Assembly (NCBI GenBank): GCA_963721285.1 | Contig: CAVRIN010000007.1 | Coordinates: 244,873-308,872 of the forward strand | Direction of reading: 5' to 3' | Length of the DNA: 64,000 bases | Source of the DNA: an uncultured Solirubrobacteraceae bacterium | Lineage (GTDB): Bacteria > Actinomycetota > Thermoleophilia > Solirubrobacterales > Solirubrobacteraceae | Part shown: positions 1 to 9,950 of the stretch, one piece after another | Position numbering within the stretch: the first letter of the stretch is position 1 | How the letters are laid out: the number at the start of each line of letters is the position of its first letter | Position numbers and translations under genes: made by a program | Notes under the pieces: model-generated | Database searches by the model: none | What the model saw: the letters and a program-made list of their open reading frames with translations, nothing else | What the model was told of the DNA's origin: nothing

Positions 1-610
1 AGAACTCGCTGTCGACCGCGCCCGCGACGACGTCGATCCGGCCGGGGTCGAGCTCGAGCCGAGCGCGCGTCAGCTCGGCGATGCTGCGGCTCGCCGCCAG
101 CACGCCGTCGGCTCGCTCGACCGAAGTGTCCTCCATGAACGTGCCGACGCGAAGCAGCGGGTCATCGGGTGGCGGCCAGCCGATCTGCTCGGAGAACATG
201 CCGAGCGAACCGTGCAGGTGCACGACGACGGCCGTCGCGTCGTCCTCTGCGCGGTCGAGCTGGTAGGCGAGCCCCTCGGCCGCGTAGTCGGGGAAGTCGA
301 CGAGGTCGAACGGCCGGCTCGCGCCGAGCGTGCGAAGGGCGGCACGGACGGCCCATGTGTAGCCCAGCCAGTAGGCCTCGGTGCTGTTCACGGGGAACTC
401 CGCGCCCGGCGGTCGAAGCGCGTGGACCGTCACGCCTTCGTCGTCTCGCGTCGCCAGCGGCGCTTGGGCGGGCATGGACTCCTCGCCCGCCGTGAGCACC
501 TCGACCGCGTGACCCTGTTCGCGCAGCCCGTGAGCCTTCACCCGCGTCTGTGTCCCGATGCCGCCGACGTAGCCCGGCGGGTACTCCTGCGAGACGAGGC
601 AGACCCGCAT
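1..610 (-). CDS. Glycosyltransferase family 4 (GT-B); N-terminal part, runs off window start
   Basis: Manual translation from ATG at 610: MRVCLVSQEYPPGYVGGIGTQTRVKAHGLREQGHAVEVLT...FDLVDFPDYAAEG...VVVHLHG, a typical GT4 N-terminus; TGATG overlap with upstream GT2; not in ORF track. Confidence 0.85.
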   Translation of the reverse strand, partial: MRVCLVSQEYPPGYVGGIGTQTRVKAHGLREQGHAVEVLTAGEESMPAQAPLATRDDEGVTVHALRPPGAEFPVNSTEAYWLGYTWAVRAALRTLGASRPFDLVDFPDYAAEGLAYQLDRAEDDATAVVVHLHGSLGMFSEQIGWPPPDDPLLRVGTFMEDTSVERADGVLAASRSIAELTRARLELDPGRIDVVAGAVDSEF

Positions 611-1758
611 CAGCCGCCGCCCCGCGGACCGACGAGGACGAGGTCGTCGTCGTCGATCAGCACGCGCCCGCCGGCGCGCAGCTCGCGCGCCAGCCCGGGG
701 TACTCCTCGAACCACCAGAACGCCGGCCAGGCGACGGCGAAGTAGGAGACCGCGGCGGCCCGCATCCGCGCCAGGGCGGCGAGCGCCTCCTCGTCGTCGG
801 CGGGGTTCCCGGCCCACTCGCCTTTCGTCTCCGGGAACGGGATCACCCTGCGCCCGCGCAGCTCCGGCTCGAAACCGAGCAGCATCTCGTCGATCACGGC
901 GATGCGCTCGCCCGCCGGCACGGCCTGCTCGATCGCGCCCACCGCCCGGGCCGTCCGCGGCCACCAGGCATGCCTGCGCCAGGAGCTCTCATCGGGCAAC
1001 ACCCCGTTGCGGCGCGCCGCCTCGCCACCCACTCGCACCATCGTCTCCCAATGCTCGCGCTGGAACGTGAGCTTCTTCTCGAACGGGCGCAGCAGCGAGG
1101 TGTTCCGGCCGTGGATCCGGTAGAGCGACTGCGGCTCGATGCGCGCGATCGGACCGAACGCCGGGGCCAGCCCGAACAGGTACTCATCCGGCGAGCGGAA
1201 GTAGACGGATTCGGGGATCGGCAGCACCGCCTCGAGGAACCAGCGCGGGTACGCGTTCCCCGAACCGGGCGGATTGGGCATCGTGCCGTCGCTGAGCGGC
1301 CCGTCCTGGAAGAAGGCACGGCGGAGGTCGCCCTCGGCCAGCTCCGGGTCCTGGATCTCGCCGGTGCGCCGCCCGGCGGCGTCGACGATCGGCATCGACC
1401 AGTGGACCTTGGCCGTCGCGGGGTCGCGCAGGGCGGCGCGGACCTTTTGGGCCGCGCCCGGCAGCAGCAGGTCGTCGGCGTCGAGGAAGAGCACCGACTC
1501 GCCGCTGCTGGCCGCGAAGCCGGTGTTCTGCGCGGCGGCCTGTCCGGCGTTGGCCGTGAAGATCGCCGTCACCCGATCGCCGAACGACTCGATCACCTCG
1601 CGCGAGCCGTCGGTCGAGCCGTCGTCGACGACGATCACCTCGGTCGGTGCGCCGGGCTGCTCGAGCCCGCTCGCGATCGCCTCGCCGACGTAGCGCTCGT
1701 AGTTGTGCGAGGTGATGATCACGCTGAGCGCGGGGTTTTCAGAGGGGGTCGAGCTCAT
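610..1758 (-). CDS. Glycosyltransferase family 2
   Basis: SVIITSHNYERYVGEAIAS, VIVVDDGSTDGS, LFLDADD (DxD) motifs. Confidence 0.9.
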   Translation of the reverse strand: MSSTPSENPALSVIITSHNYERYVGEAIASGLEQPGAPTEVIVVDDGSTDGSREVIESFGDRVTAIFTANAGQAAAQNTGFAASSGESVLFLDADDLLLPGAAQKVRAALRDPATAKVHWSMPIVDAAGRRTGEIQDPELAEGDLRRAFFQDGPLSDGTMPNPPGSGNAYPRWFLEAVLPIPESVYFRSPDEYLFGLAPAFGPIARIEPQSLYRIHGRNTSLLRPFEKKLTFQREHWETMVRVGGEAARRNGVLPDESSWRRHAWWPRTARAVGAIEQAVPAGERIAVIDEMLLGFEPELRGRRVIPFPETKGEWAGNPADDEEALAALARMRAAAVSYFAVAWPAFWWFEEYPGLARELRAGGRVLIDDDDLVLVGPRGGG

Positions 1759-1763
1759 CGCGG

Positions 1764-2759
1764 TCAGGGGTAGAGGAACCAGTTGGCGAGCCGCGTCACG
1801 CCGCTCGAGTCACGCAGCTTGTAGTCCTCCTCGCCCAGCCCGAAGTCGAACCGGCGGATGCCGGCCTCGAGCGCGTCGCGGATGACGTGGGCGCGGAGCA
1901 CGCGGCCGGGGGAGTACTCGCTGATCGAGGGATCGCGAGACACGAGCCAGGTGAGCTGCGTGGGTCCCCGGATCACGCTGATGTCGAGGGCGGCAGCCTG
2001 CCCCTGCCATTCGAGCACCGTCAGCCGCGCCCACCCGTCGCGGTCACCGGCGTGGACGACCGAGCGGACGAACTCGCGGGAGCCGGGCCGGTCGAAGCTC
2101 CGCTCGCCCGCCGGGCGCCAGCGCGCCGCATGCTGCTCGAAGAACTTCTCGACGAGGGCATCGAGCTCCTCGCTCCCGGCGATCCGCACCCGCAGCTCGT
2201 CGGCCCGGCGCATCCGCGCCTCCTCCTTGCGAACGCTCCGCCGCGCGGTCAGCCGCTCGACGAGCTCCCGGTCGGCGAGCTCGGCATACGGCCCCCCGGG
2301 TGCGTCCTCGCGGTGCAGCTCGAGCCCCAGCCGCGTGGCGAGACCGGGCAGCATCGCGGTCGTCGGCGAGTCGAGCGGCAGGTGGTAGAGCTCGATCCCG
2401 GAGAAATCCTCGGCGGCGTCACACGCGGCGCGTAGCATCGCCCCGAGGACGGCCTCATCCGGGCGGCCGATGAAGTCGAGGTAGTCGGAGTTGCCCGAGC
2501 CGAGCAGCGACACGCTCCCTTCCACGGCGAACAGGGGTGCGAGCGCGAGCTCCTGGCCGTCGCGCTCGGCGAGCACGATCAGCAGCTGCTCGTCGGCGAA
2601 CGCCCGCCACCACAGCCGCTGCCACTCGGCCGTGAGGAAGATGACATCGGTTGGCGAGCGCGCGAGCAGGGCATCCCAGCGTCCCGCGTCGAGGGCGGGC
2701 GCGGAGAAGTCCTCGTGCACGCTCACGCGCAAGCTGGTCGCAGCCGCCGCCCGGGTCAT
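1764..2759 (-). CDS. GNAT-family acyltransferase (CelD/BcsL-like)
   Basis: IFLTAEWQRLWW, SDYLDFI, YSPGRVL, RRFDFGLGEEDYK motifs. Confidence 0.8.
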   Translation of the reverse strand: MTRAAAATSLRVSVHEDFSAPALDAGRWDALLARSPTDVIFLTAEWQRLWWRAFADEQLLIVLAERDGQELALAPLFAVEGSVSLLGSGNSDYLDFIGRPDEAVLGAMLRAACDAAEDFSGIELYHLPLDSPTTAMLPGLATRLGLELHREDAPGGPYAELADRELVERLTARRSVRKEEARMRRADELRVRIAGSEELDALVEKFFEQHAARWRPAGERSFDRPGSREFVRSVVHAGDRDGWARLTVLEWQGQAAALDISVIRGPTQLTWLVSRDPSISEYSPGRVLRAHVIRDALEAGIRRFDFGLGEEDYKLRDSSGVTRLANWFLYP

Positions 2760-4621
2760 GTCGTCCCACCCGGGATCGCCGCCGGCAGCTCGTGCTCGAC
2801 GATCTCCATCTGGCGGCGGTACAGGGAGCTGTAGAGCCCTCCCGTCGCGACCAGTCGCTCGTGCGACCCGCGCTCGACGATCCGTCCCTCGTCGAGCACC
2901 AGGATCTCGTCGGCGCCGCGGATCGTCGAGAGCCGGTGCGCGATCACGAGGGTGATGCGGCCTTTCATCAGACGCTCGAGCGCGTCGAGCAGCAGGCCCT
3001 CGGTGCGCGCGTCAAGCGCGGAGGTGGGCTCGTCGAGGATCAGCAACGGAGCGTCCTTGACGAACGCGCGAGCGATCGAGAGCCGCTGCTTCTCGCCGCC
3101 GGAGAGGGTCGCGCCCCGCTCGCCGATGAGCGTGTCGTAGCCCTCGGGGAGGCGCTCGATGAAGGTGTGTGCGTTGGCTGCCTCGGCGGCGGCGACGATC
3201 TCCTCCCGTGGAGCGTCGGGCCTGCCCAGCGCGATGTTCTCGGCGATCGTGACCGGGAAGATGAACGGGTCCTGCAGGACCAGCGCGATCTGGCTGCGCA
3301 GCGAGTGCAACGTGAAGTCGCGGATGTCGGAGCCGCCGATCGTGACGCGCCCCTGCCACGGGTCGAAGAAGCGCACCAGAAGGCTGGCGAGCGTCGTCTT
3401 GCCGGCGCCCGTCGGTCCGACGATCGCGAGCACCTCCCCAGGGTCGGCGGCGAACGAGATCTCGTGCAGCACCGGCCGCCCCTCCACGTAGCCGAAGGTG
3501 ACGTCCTCGTAGCGGATCGAACCGGCGACCGGCCGGTCGCTCGCGCCGGGGCGGTCGGCGACCGCCGGCTCGATCTCCATGATCTCCATCACGCGGTCGG
3601 TCTCGGCCGCCGCGTTCTGGATCGTCTGCGCGGTATGCGACAGCGCTTCGATCGGGTCATACAGCGAGCCGACGTAGGAGACGAAGACGACGATCGTCCC
3701 GGCCGTCAGCACGCCTTCGAGCGCGAGCAGCCCGCCGACGTACAGCACTGCCGCCGTGCCGAGCGTGAGCACGAGGCCGGTCACGAACTGGAAGCCCATG
3801 CCGGTCAGGGCGCTGCGGGCATACGCGCGGACGGTCCGATCGGCGTGGTGGCGGAAGTGGCGCTCCTGGTAGTCCTCGCGCGTGAACGCCTGGACGGCCG
3901 GCATCGCGCCGAGCGTCTGCTCGACGACGGAGGCCATCTTGCCCTCGGAGTCGCGCTGCTCACGCGCCCGTTCGCGCATCGGGCGGCTGAAGAAGCGCGT
4001 GGCAAGGATGATCAGCGGCACGACGCTGATGGCCAGGAATGTGAGCTTCACGTCGAGGGCGAGCATCACGACCAACACCGAGACGAGCGTCGCGAGCGCC
4101 TGGATCACCGGCAGCACGGCGCCGGTCAGCAGCGTGTCGATCGAGTAGGAGTCCGTCGTGACGCGCTCGATCAGGTCTCCCGATTCGCGCTTCGTGTGGA
4201 ACAGCAGCGACAGGCGCTGCAGGTGGCGGAACAGGTCCCCGGCGAGCGACCACGTCATGTACTGCCCGAGCGTCAGCGAGGCGTAGCTCGTGACCATCGA
4301 GGCGAGGGTGCTCACCAGGAAGATGAGGACCTCGGCAACGACGACCCAGACGAGCAGGCCATGACGGCTGTCGGCGCCGGGGATGGCGCTCATCCAAGCC
4401 GGGATGGGCTTACCGTCGATCACCTGGTCGATCAGGATCTTCAGCGGCCAGGGGCGGGCAAGGTTCGCGCCGACGCCGCACAGGGCGGCGGTCACCATCC
4501 CGACGAACCCTCGCCAGTGCGGCTTGGCGTAGCGCAGCAGCTTCAGCTCGCGCCGCCACGCCTTCCGCGGTGCCGGCTCCTCGGCGGCGACTCCCGCCGG
4601 GGCTGCGCTCAACTCGTTCAT
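2756..4621 (-). CDS. ABC exporter, fused permease/ATPase (MsbA-like)
   Basis: TM domain, Walker A GPTGAGKT, signature LSGGEKQR, Walker B LLILDEPTSALD; start taken at MNELS (ORF extends to 4684). Confidence 0.92.
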   Translation of the reverse strand: MNELSAAPAGVAAEEPAPRKAWRRELKLLRYAKPHWRGFVGMVTAALCGVGANLARPWPLKILIDQVIDGKPIPAWMSAIPGADSRHGLLVWVVVAEVLIFLVSTLASMVTSYASLTLGQYMTWSLAGDLFRHLQRLSLLFHTKRESGDLIERVTTDSYSIDTLLTGAVLPVIQALATLVSVLVVMLALDVKLTFLAISVVPLIILATRFFSRPMRERAREQRDSEGKMASVVEQTLGAMPAVQAFTREDYQERHFRHHADRTVRAYARSALTGMGFQFVTGLVLTLGTAAVLYVGGLLALEGVLTAGTIVVFVSYVGSLYDPIEALSHTAQTIQNAAAETDRVMEIMEIEPAVADRPGASDRPVAGSIRYEDVTFGYVEGRPVLHEISFAADPGEVLAIVGPTGAGKTTLASLLVRFFDPWQGRVTIGGSDIRDFTLHSLRSQIALVLQDPFIFPVTIAENIALGRPDAPREEIVAAAEAANAHTFIERLPEGYDTLIGERGATLSGGEKQRLSIARAFVKDAPLLILDEPTSALDARTEGLLLDALERLMKGRITLVIAHRLSTIRGADEILVLDEGRIVERGSHERLVATGGLYSSLYRRQMEIVEHELPAAIPGGTT

Positions 4622-4650
4622 GACAACCTCAGCCTTGCGCACCGCCCGCG

Positions 4651-7269
4651 CTAGCGCTTCGCCGCCCGCTCGACCCCGAGGCACTCATCGCGCTCATCGC
4701 GCGACCGGCGCATCTGATCGGCGAGGTGGACGAGGTTCATCCGCGGTTGCTCGGGCTCGGGCGCGACCGCGAGCTCCGGATCGGCGATCGCATGCGCGAG
4801 AGGCGCACGCACCGTAGCGCACGCGACGCTGCACTCGTAGAGAACCCGTCCGAGCAGGAGGCCGGCAAAGGTGGCGAGCAGCAGCGACGCCGCCTCGGCA
4901 TCGCCGACGCCGGCGAGCAGCGCGAGCAATGCGAGCGCCGCGACGAGCACCATCGCCGCCCGTCCGGCCCGCGGCCACGAGCGCACCCGCACGAGCTGCC
5001 GGCCGGCGCCGTGCTCCTCGATGCCGAGCCGCAGGCGCGCGCCGCCCAGCAGGCCGCCGCGGACGTAGAGGTCCCAGCGATCCCAGTCGCCGCCCGACCC
5101 GACGACGGCGCCCTCCCCCTGGAGCGCCGCGGAGACGGCGCGCACACGTTCCTCGGTGCCCTGCCAGCGTTCCGACCAGAACGACGCCGTGCGCGCGAAC
5201 GGCAGGCCGAGCGTTCGCAGCCCGCGGCGGCGCCACGGCGTGAGCCCGTGGAGCAGCCTGCCCTGGAGCCTCGCCAGCGGCTGCAGGAGGTACAGGGCGC
5301 CGGTGAGCACTCGCATCCTGAGTACCCCCGTGCGCGATTCGAAGCGCGCGCGCGAGGCCCCCAGCCCCGCGTCGGCGAACAGGGCCGCGAACGCGACCCC
5401 CAGCAGCGGCAGCGCGATCAGCGCGGGCGACCAGACGATCCCGATCGCCGACAGCACGGCCAGCGCGGAGATCGCCAGATACCACTCCGGCATCAGCGGC
5501 AACGACTCGAGCAGCCCGTTTCGGGGACCGTAGAGCGGCTGGTAGAAGGCCGTTCCCCAGCCGCCGTAATAGACGTGCCAGCGCCATCCGCCGCGGTGCT
5601 GCGCGGAGCCGTTCCCGTACAGCCGCCCGTCCCAGGCGACGTGGCCCGCGGCGCTGTACTTCTCCGGGTGCTTGCGCTCGAGCATGGCCTCGGCCTTGCC
5701 GTATGCACGCTGCTGGCGCAGGTAGCCGCGCACCGTGCGGCGCCGGTGATGGCAGACGACCGCGCCCGGGCTGAAGCCGATCTGGCCGCCGGCGTCGAGC
5801 AGTCGCCAGCAGGCGTCGACGTCGTCGCCGGCCGCGCGGAACCGCGGGTCGAAGCCGCCGAGCTCCTGCAGCGCGCGCTTGCGGATCGCCATGTTGCAGC
5901 CCGGGATGTGCTCGGCATCGCGGTCGCCGATCAGGACATGCGTCGGACCGCCGGGAGCGTTGGCGACACACTGCGCGACGCGGCCCGAGCCGGGCGGCGG
6001 CACGTTGGGGCCGCCGACGGCGGCGTATGCGTCTGACTCGAACGCGACGGCGAGATGCGTCAGCCAGTCAGGATCGGGGATCGCGTCGTCGTCGATGTAG
6101 GCGACGATCTCGGCGGATGCCGCTTCCATCGCGGTGTTGCGCGCGGCAGAGAGGCCGCGCTGCGCGGTCTCGATCACGCGCACCCCGTCGAAGGACCGCG
6201 CGATCTGCGCCGAGTCGTCGGTGGATCCGTCGGAGACGACGATCACCTCGTAGTCGGGATAGCGCAGGGCGCTCACGCCCTCAAGGCATTCGCGCAGGGT
6301 CAGCGAGCCGTTGTACGTGCAGACCGCGACCGTCATCGCGGGCGGCTGCGTCGCGGGATCGATCGGCGGGGTCGCAAACGCCTCGCCGACGGCCGCGAGC
6401 GCGGGCTTCGGCGTGCGCTCGCGCGTCGTCAGGCCGAAATCCCAGTCGAGGATCTCATAGCCCCCGCGGTGCCACGAGTCGGTCCACGCGAACACGAACG
6501 CGCCGGCGCATCCGGCCTCGTTGCACGCCTCGAGCTGCCAGCGCAGCGAGCGCGCCTGCTCCTGCTCGCCGTTGCGGCGAGAATCGAGGCCGATCTCGGC
6601 CATCAGCAGGGGGCGTTCGTCAGCCAGGTTCTGCAGGCGGCCCAGGTAGCGCTCGAGCTCCTCGCGCCGCTCGAGGTACACGTTGAAGGACAGGAAGTCG
6701 AAGCAGGACAGCCGCAGGTACTCCGTCGGCGGGAAGTTCACGTAGGTCACCAGCGCGCCCGGGTCCTCCTCGCGTGCGGCGCGGCACAGCCTCGCGAGGA
6801 AGCGTTCGATCCGCTTGTGACCGTGCCAGCGGACGATCGACGCCGGGATCTCGTTGCCGATCGAGTAGCAGAGCAGCGCTGGGTGCGCCGCGAGCGGCCT
6901 GATCGCGTCGCGGACGGCCTGCTCGATGCCGTCAGCGGCACCCGTGTCGAGGAACGCGATGTGCTGCTCCCAGGGGATGCCGACCATCACGTGCAGGCCG
7001 TGGAGCTGGGCGAGGTCCAAGAGCCACCGCTCGGGCGCCGAGTACACGCGCACCGCGTTGATGCCGCAGGCTGCCATCTGGGCGAAATCGCGCTCGACGG
7101 TCCGCGCGTCGAAGCCGCCGGAGGGGTCGGAGCTGAACGGCCCGTAGGTCACGCCTCTGACCTGCAGCTTCTCGTCGCCGAGGTACAGGGACTTGCCGCG
7201 CACGCGCGGGCGACGGCCCGCGCCCGGCGCGCTGGGAAGCTGCTCTGTTTCGGTCGTGGTGTCTGCCAT
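4651..7269 (-). CDS. Fusion: clan-A-like glycoside hydrolase TIM barrel + GT2 + membrane domain
   Basis: RGVTYGPF, GINAVRVY, IGNEIP, MAEIGLDS followed by VCTYNG, VSDGSTD, YIDDDA, GDDVD, QQRAYG and C-terminal TM helices; start taken at MADTT. Confidence 0.85.
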   Translation of the reverse strand: MADTTTETEQLPSAPGAGRRPRVRGKSLYLGDEKLQVRGVTYGPFSSDPSGGFDARTVERDFAQMAACGINAVRVYSAPERWLLDLAQLHGLHVMVGIPWEQHIAFLDTGAADGIEQAVRDAIRPLAAHPALLCYSIGNEIPASIVRWHGHKRIERFLARLCRAAREEDPGALVTYVNFPPTEYLRLSCFDFLSFNVYLERREELERYLGRLQNLADERPLLMAEIGLDSRRNGEQEQARSLRWQLEACNEAGCAGAFVFAWTDSWHRGGYEILDWDFGLTTRERTPKPALAAVGEAFATPPIDPATQPPAMTVAVCTYNGSLTLRECLEGVSALRYPDYEVIVVSDGSTDDSAQIARSFDGVRVIETAQRGLSAARNTAMEAASAEIVAYIDDDAIPDPDWLTHLAVAFESDAYAAVGGPNVPPPGSGRVAQCVANAPGGPTHVLIGDRDAEHIPGCNMAIRKRALQELGGFDPRFRAAGDDVDACWRLLDAGGQIGFSPGAVVCHHRRRTVRGYLRQQRAYGKAEAMLERKHPEKYSAAGHVAWDGRLYGNGSAQHRGGWRWHVYYGGWGTAFYQPLYGPRNGLLESLPLMPEWYLAISALAVLSAIGIVWSPALIALPLLGVAFAALFADAGLGASRARFESRTGVLRMRVLTGALYLLQPLARLQGRLLHGLTPWRRRGLRTLGLPFARTASFWSERWQGTEERVRAVSAALQGEGAVVGSGGDWDRWDLYVRGGLLGGARLRLGIEEHGAGRQLVRVRSWPRAGRAAMVLVAALALLALLAGVGDAEAASLLLATFAGLLLGRVLYECSVACATVRAPLAHAIADPELAVAPEPEQPRMNLVHLADQMRRSRDERDECLGVERAAKR

Positions 7270-7477
7270 GTGGTTCGATCCGGGACGGCGCCGAGGCGTC
7301 GGACCCGGCCTTAAAACGCGACGGACTGTCCGAAGTTGGCACTGCGCGGCTGTCGCGGGGGCGGGCATTCCGCACGGGCTCCCCTGAACGGCGTAGCCTC
7401 AAACCGCGTTTCACCGCCCCTTCTCAACCGATTGCCGAGGCGAGCGTTTATGTCCTCGACGCGATGAGAGTCGTCTA

Positions 7478-8170
7478 ATGAGTGCTCGTTACCTGATCGT
7501 CAACGCCGATGACCTGGGCGCCAGCAAGGGCGTCAACCGCGGCATTCTCGAGGCGCATGGGCGCGGGATCGTCACGAGCGCGAGCCTCATGGTCGACATG
7601 CCGGCGAGCGAGCAGTTCGCCGCGGGGCAGGCACAGGCGAGCGGTCTGAGCGTCGGACTGCATGTCACGCTCACGAACGAGGACGCCGAGCTGCTGTTCG
7701 ACGTCGACGGCTGCCGCGCGGAGCTCGAGCGCCAGCTCGCGCGCTTCCAGCGGTTGCTCGGGCGGTCGCCCACGCATCTGGACTCCCACCACAACGTCCA
7801 CCTCGAGGAACCGCTGAGCGAGCTCTTCCAAGAGATCGCGCGCGAGCGCGAGCTGCCGTTGCGCGGCTTCTCGCCGGCGCGCTACTTCGCCGACTTCTAC
7901 GGGCAGTGGGACGGGGAGACGCATCTCGAGCAGGTCAGCGTCGAGTCGCTGAGCCAGATGCTGGAGAACGAGGTCGGGCCCGGCGTCACCGAGTTCGGCT
8001 TGCACCCGGGCTACGCCGGCGGCGGGTTTGAGTCCTCATACCTGTACGAGCGCGAGGCCGAGCTGCGGACGCTCTGCGATCCCGCGATCCGTGCGCGCGT
8101 CGACGAGCTCGGCATCCGGTTGATCGGGTTCACCGAGCTGCAGGGCGCCGCCGCGCAGGGGAGGGGCTGA
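7478..8170 (+). CDS. ChbG/YdjC-family carbohydrate deacetylase
   Basis: LIVNADDLG, GIVTSASLMV, VGLHVTL, PTHLDSHHNVH, HPGY, REAELRTL. Confidence 0.9.
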   Translation: MSARYLIVNADDLGASKGVNRGILEAHGRGIVTSASLMVDMPASEQFAAGQAQASGLSVGLHVTLTNEDAELLFDVDGCRAELERQLARFQRLLGRSPTHLDSHHNVHLEEPLSELFQEIARERELPLRGFSPARYFADFYGQWDGETHLEQVSVESLSQMLENEVGPGVTEFGLHPGYAGGGFESSYLYEREAELRTLCDPAIRARVDELGIRLIGFTELQGAAAQGRG

Positions 8171-8177
8171 GCGAGCG

Positions 8178-9350
8178 GTGGGGGCGACGGTCGTCCTGTC
8201 GGCTTACGACGTGCTCCAGTACCCGCAGGGGGGAGGGCACTTCTCCGCGTTCCTGCAGTACGTGTACGGGCTGCGCGGCAACGGCTGCGAGATCTGGTGG
8301 CTGGAGCGGCTCGCCGCATCGGGGGACCCGGTCGCCGACGCCCGCTCGGCGGCGGAGATGTCCGCGCGGCTGGACTCGGCCGGACTCGGGGACAGGCTGA
8401 TCGTCTACACCGGCGAGCGCGACGCGGAGCGCGCGTGGCTGACGCTCGGCGCCGCCGAGGCGGAGGCGGTGCTAGCCCGTGCCGATCTGCTTCTCAACTT
8501 CTTCTACGAGCTCGACCCCGAGATGCTCGCCCGCTTCCGCCGTACGGCGCTCGTCGACATCGACCCGGGTCTGCTGCAGATGTGGATCGCCGAAGGGGGC
8601 CTGGACGTGGCCGCCCACGACCTCTACTTCACGACCGGCGAGACGGTCGGCACGGCGGCCGCGAGGTTCCCCTCGGGCGGTGTCGAGTGGAACCACATCC
8701 GCCCGCCGGTCAGCGTCGAGCAATGGCCGGTCGCGGCCGACGCGCCCGAGCGGGGCTTCACGACCGTCTCGAGCTGGTGGAGCGACGAGTGGGCCTGCGA
8801 CGAGGGTGAGTGGTACGACAACAGCAAGCGCGCGAGCTTCATGGACTACCTGGACCTGCCGAGCGTCGTGCCCGTAGAGCTCGAGCTCGCGTTGAGTGTC
8901 GACGAGAGCGAGGGGGAAGACCTCGCGCGACTCGAGCGCCACGGCTGGAGCGTCCTGCGAGCGGGCGATGTCACGGCAACGCCCGCCGAGTACCGCGCCT
9001 ACGTGGAGGGCTCGGCCGGCGAGTTCAGCTGCGCGAAGCCATCCTGCATGCGGCTGCAGAACTCGTGGGTGAGCGATCGCACGATCTGCTACCTCGCGAG
9101 CGGCCGCCCGGCGGTCGTGCAGAACACCGGCCCCAGCGCATACCTCGACGGCGGCCAGGGGCTGCTGCGCTTCTCGACGATGGACGAGGCCGCGCAGGCG
9201 CTGATCGAGGTGCACGCCGACTACGCGGCCCACTGCGCCGCCGCACGTGAGCTGGCGGTCGCGCACTTCGACGCGCGCAAGGTGGTCGGCGAGATCCTCG
9301 ACGTCGCGCTCGGGGCGGGGGACCGCGCCGCGGGATCGGCTGCCGGGTAG
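8178..9350 (+). CDS. Putative glycosyltransferase-like protein
   Basis: GGGHFSAFLQYVYGL N-terminus; EFSCAK, SWVSDRTICYLASGRPAVVQNTG GT-B-like C-terminus; located in glycan cluster. Confidence 0.6.
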   Translation: MGATVVLSAYDVLQYPQGGGHFSAFLQYVYGLRGNGCEIWWLERLAASGDPVADARSAAEMSARLDSAGLGDRLIVYTGERDAERAWLTLGAAEAEAVLARADLLLNFFYELDPEMLARFRRTALVDIDPGLLQMWIAEGGLDVAAHDLYFTTGETVGTAAARFPSGGVEWNHIRPPVSVEQWPVAADAPERGFTTVSSWWSDEWACDEGEWYDNSKRASFMDYLDLPSVVPVELELALSVDESEGEDLARLERHGWSVLRAGDVTATPAEYRAYVEGSAGEFSCAKPSCMRLQNSWVSDRTICYLASGRPAVVQNTGPSAYLDGGQGLLRFSTMDEAAQALIEVHADYAAHCAAARELAVAHFDARKVVGEILDVALGAGDRAAGSAAG

Positions 9351-9419
9351 CCTCCGAAGCGGTCCGCGGCGCCGTAGCCGACAGGCCGCCCGGGGGTGGC
9401 GGGTAGTAGCGTTCCGCGC

Positions 9420-9827
9420 ATGGGGGTCGAGGTCGACGAGCTGAGGCAGGTCCACTTCCTCGAGCCGCTGAAGGACAGGGCGCTCAAGCGCCTGGCGGCG
9501 GGGATGACCGAGCGCTCAGCACCCGAGGGGGAGGAGCTCGTCAGGGAGGGCGAGTCCGGTGTCGCTTTCTTCGTCGTGCTGGACGGCGAGCTGTCGGTGC
9601 TCGTCGAGGGCAAGGAGGTGCGCCGCCTCGCCCCTGGCGACCACTTCGGCGAGATCGCGCTGATCGTGCCGGAAGCGAGCCGCACCGCGACGGTCCGCGC
9701 CTTGACCGGCGTCCGTGTCGGGTGCCTCAGCACGTGGAACTTCAAAGGGTTCCTCAGCGAACACCCCGAGACGCACTGGCCGCTGCTCGTGACGCTGGCG
9801 GGCCAGATCGTCGAAGCGCGCCGCTAG
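9420..9827 (+). CDS. Stand-alone cyclic-nucleotide-binding domain protein
   Basis: LVREGESG, FFVVLDG, GDHFGEIALI, RTATVRA phosphate-binding cassette. Confidence 0.85.
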   Translation: MGVEVDELRQVHFLEPLKDRALKRLAAGMTERSAPEGEELVREGESGVAFFVVLDGELSVLVEGKEVRRLAPGDHFGEIALIVPEASRTATVRALTGVRVGCLSTWNFKGFLSEHPETHWPLLVTLAGQIVEARR

Positions 9828-9950
9828 CGCGCCCGGTTGACGACGGGGGAGAAGCTCGAGCTCTCTCGCCGGCTGCTGCGCTCCGCTTAGCTCTACGCGG
9901 CGGTTTCCGGTCCGCGACCTTCGCGCCGCGCGCAGGGGATACTGGGTGCG

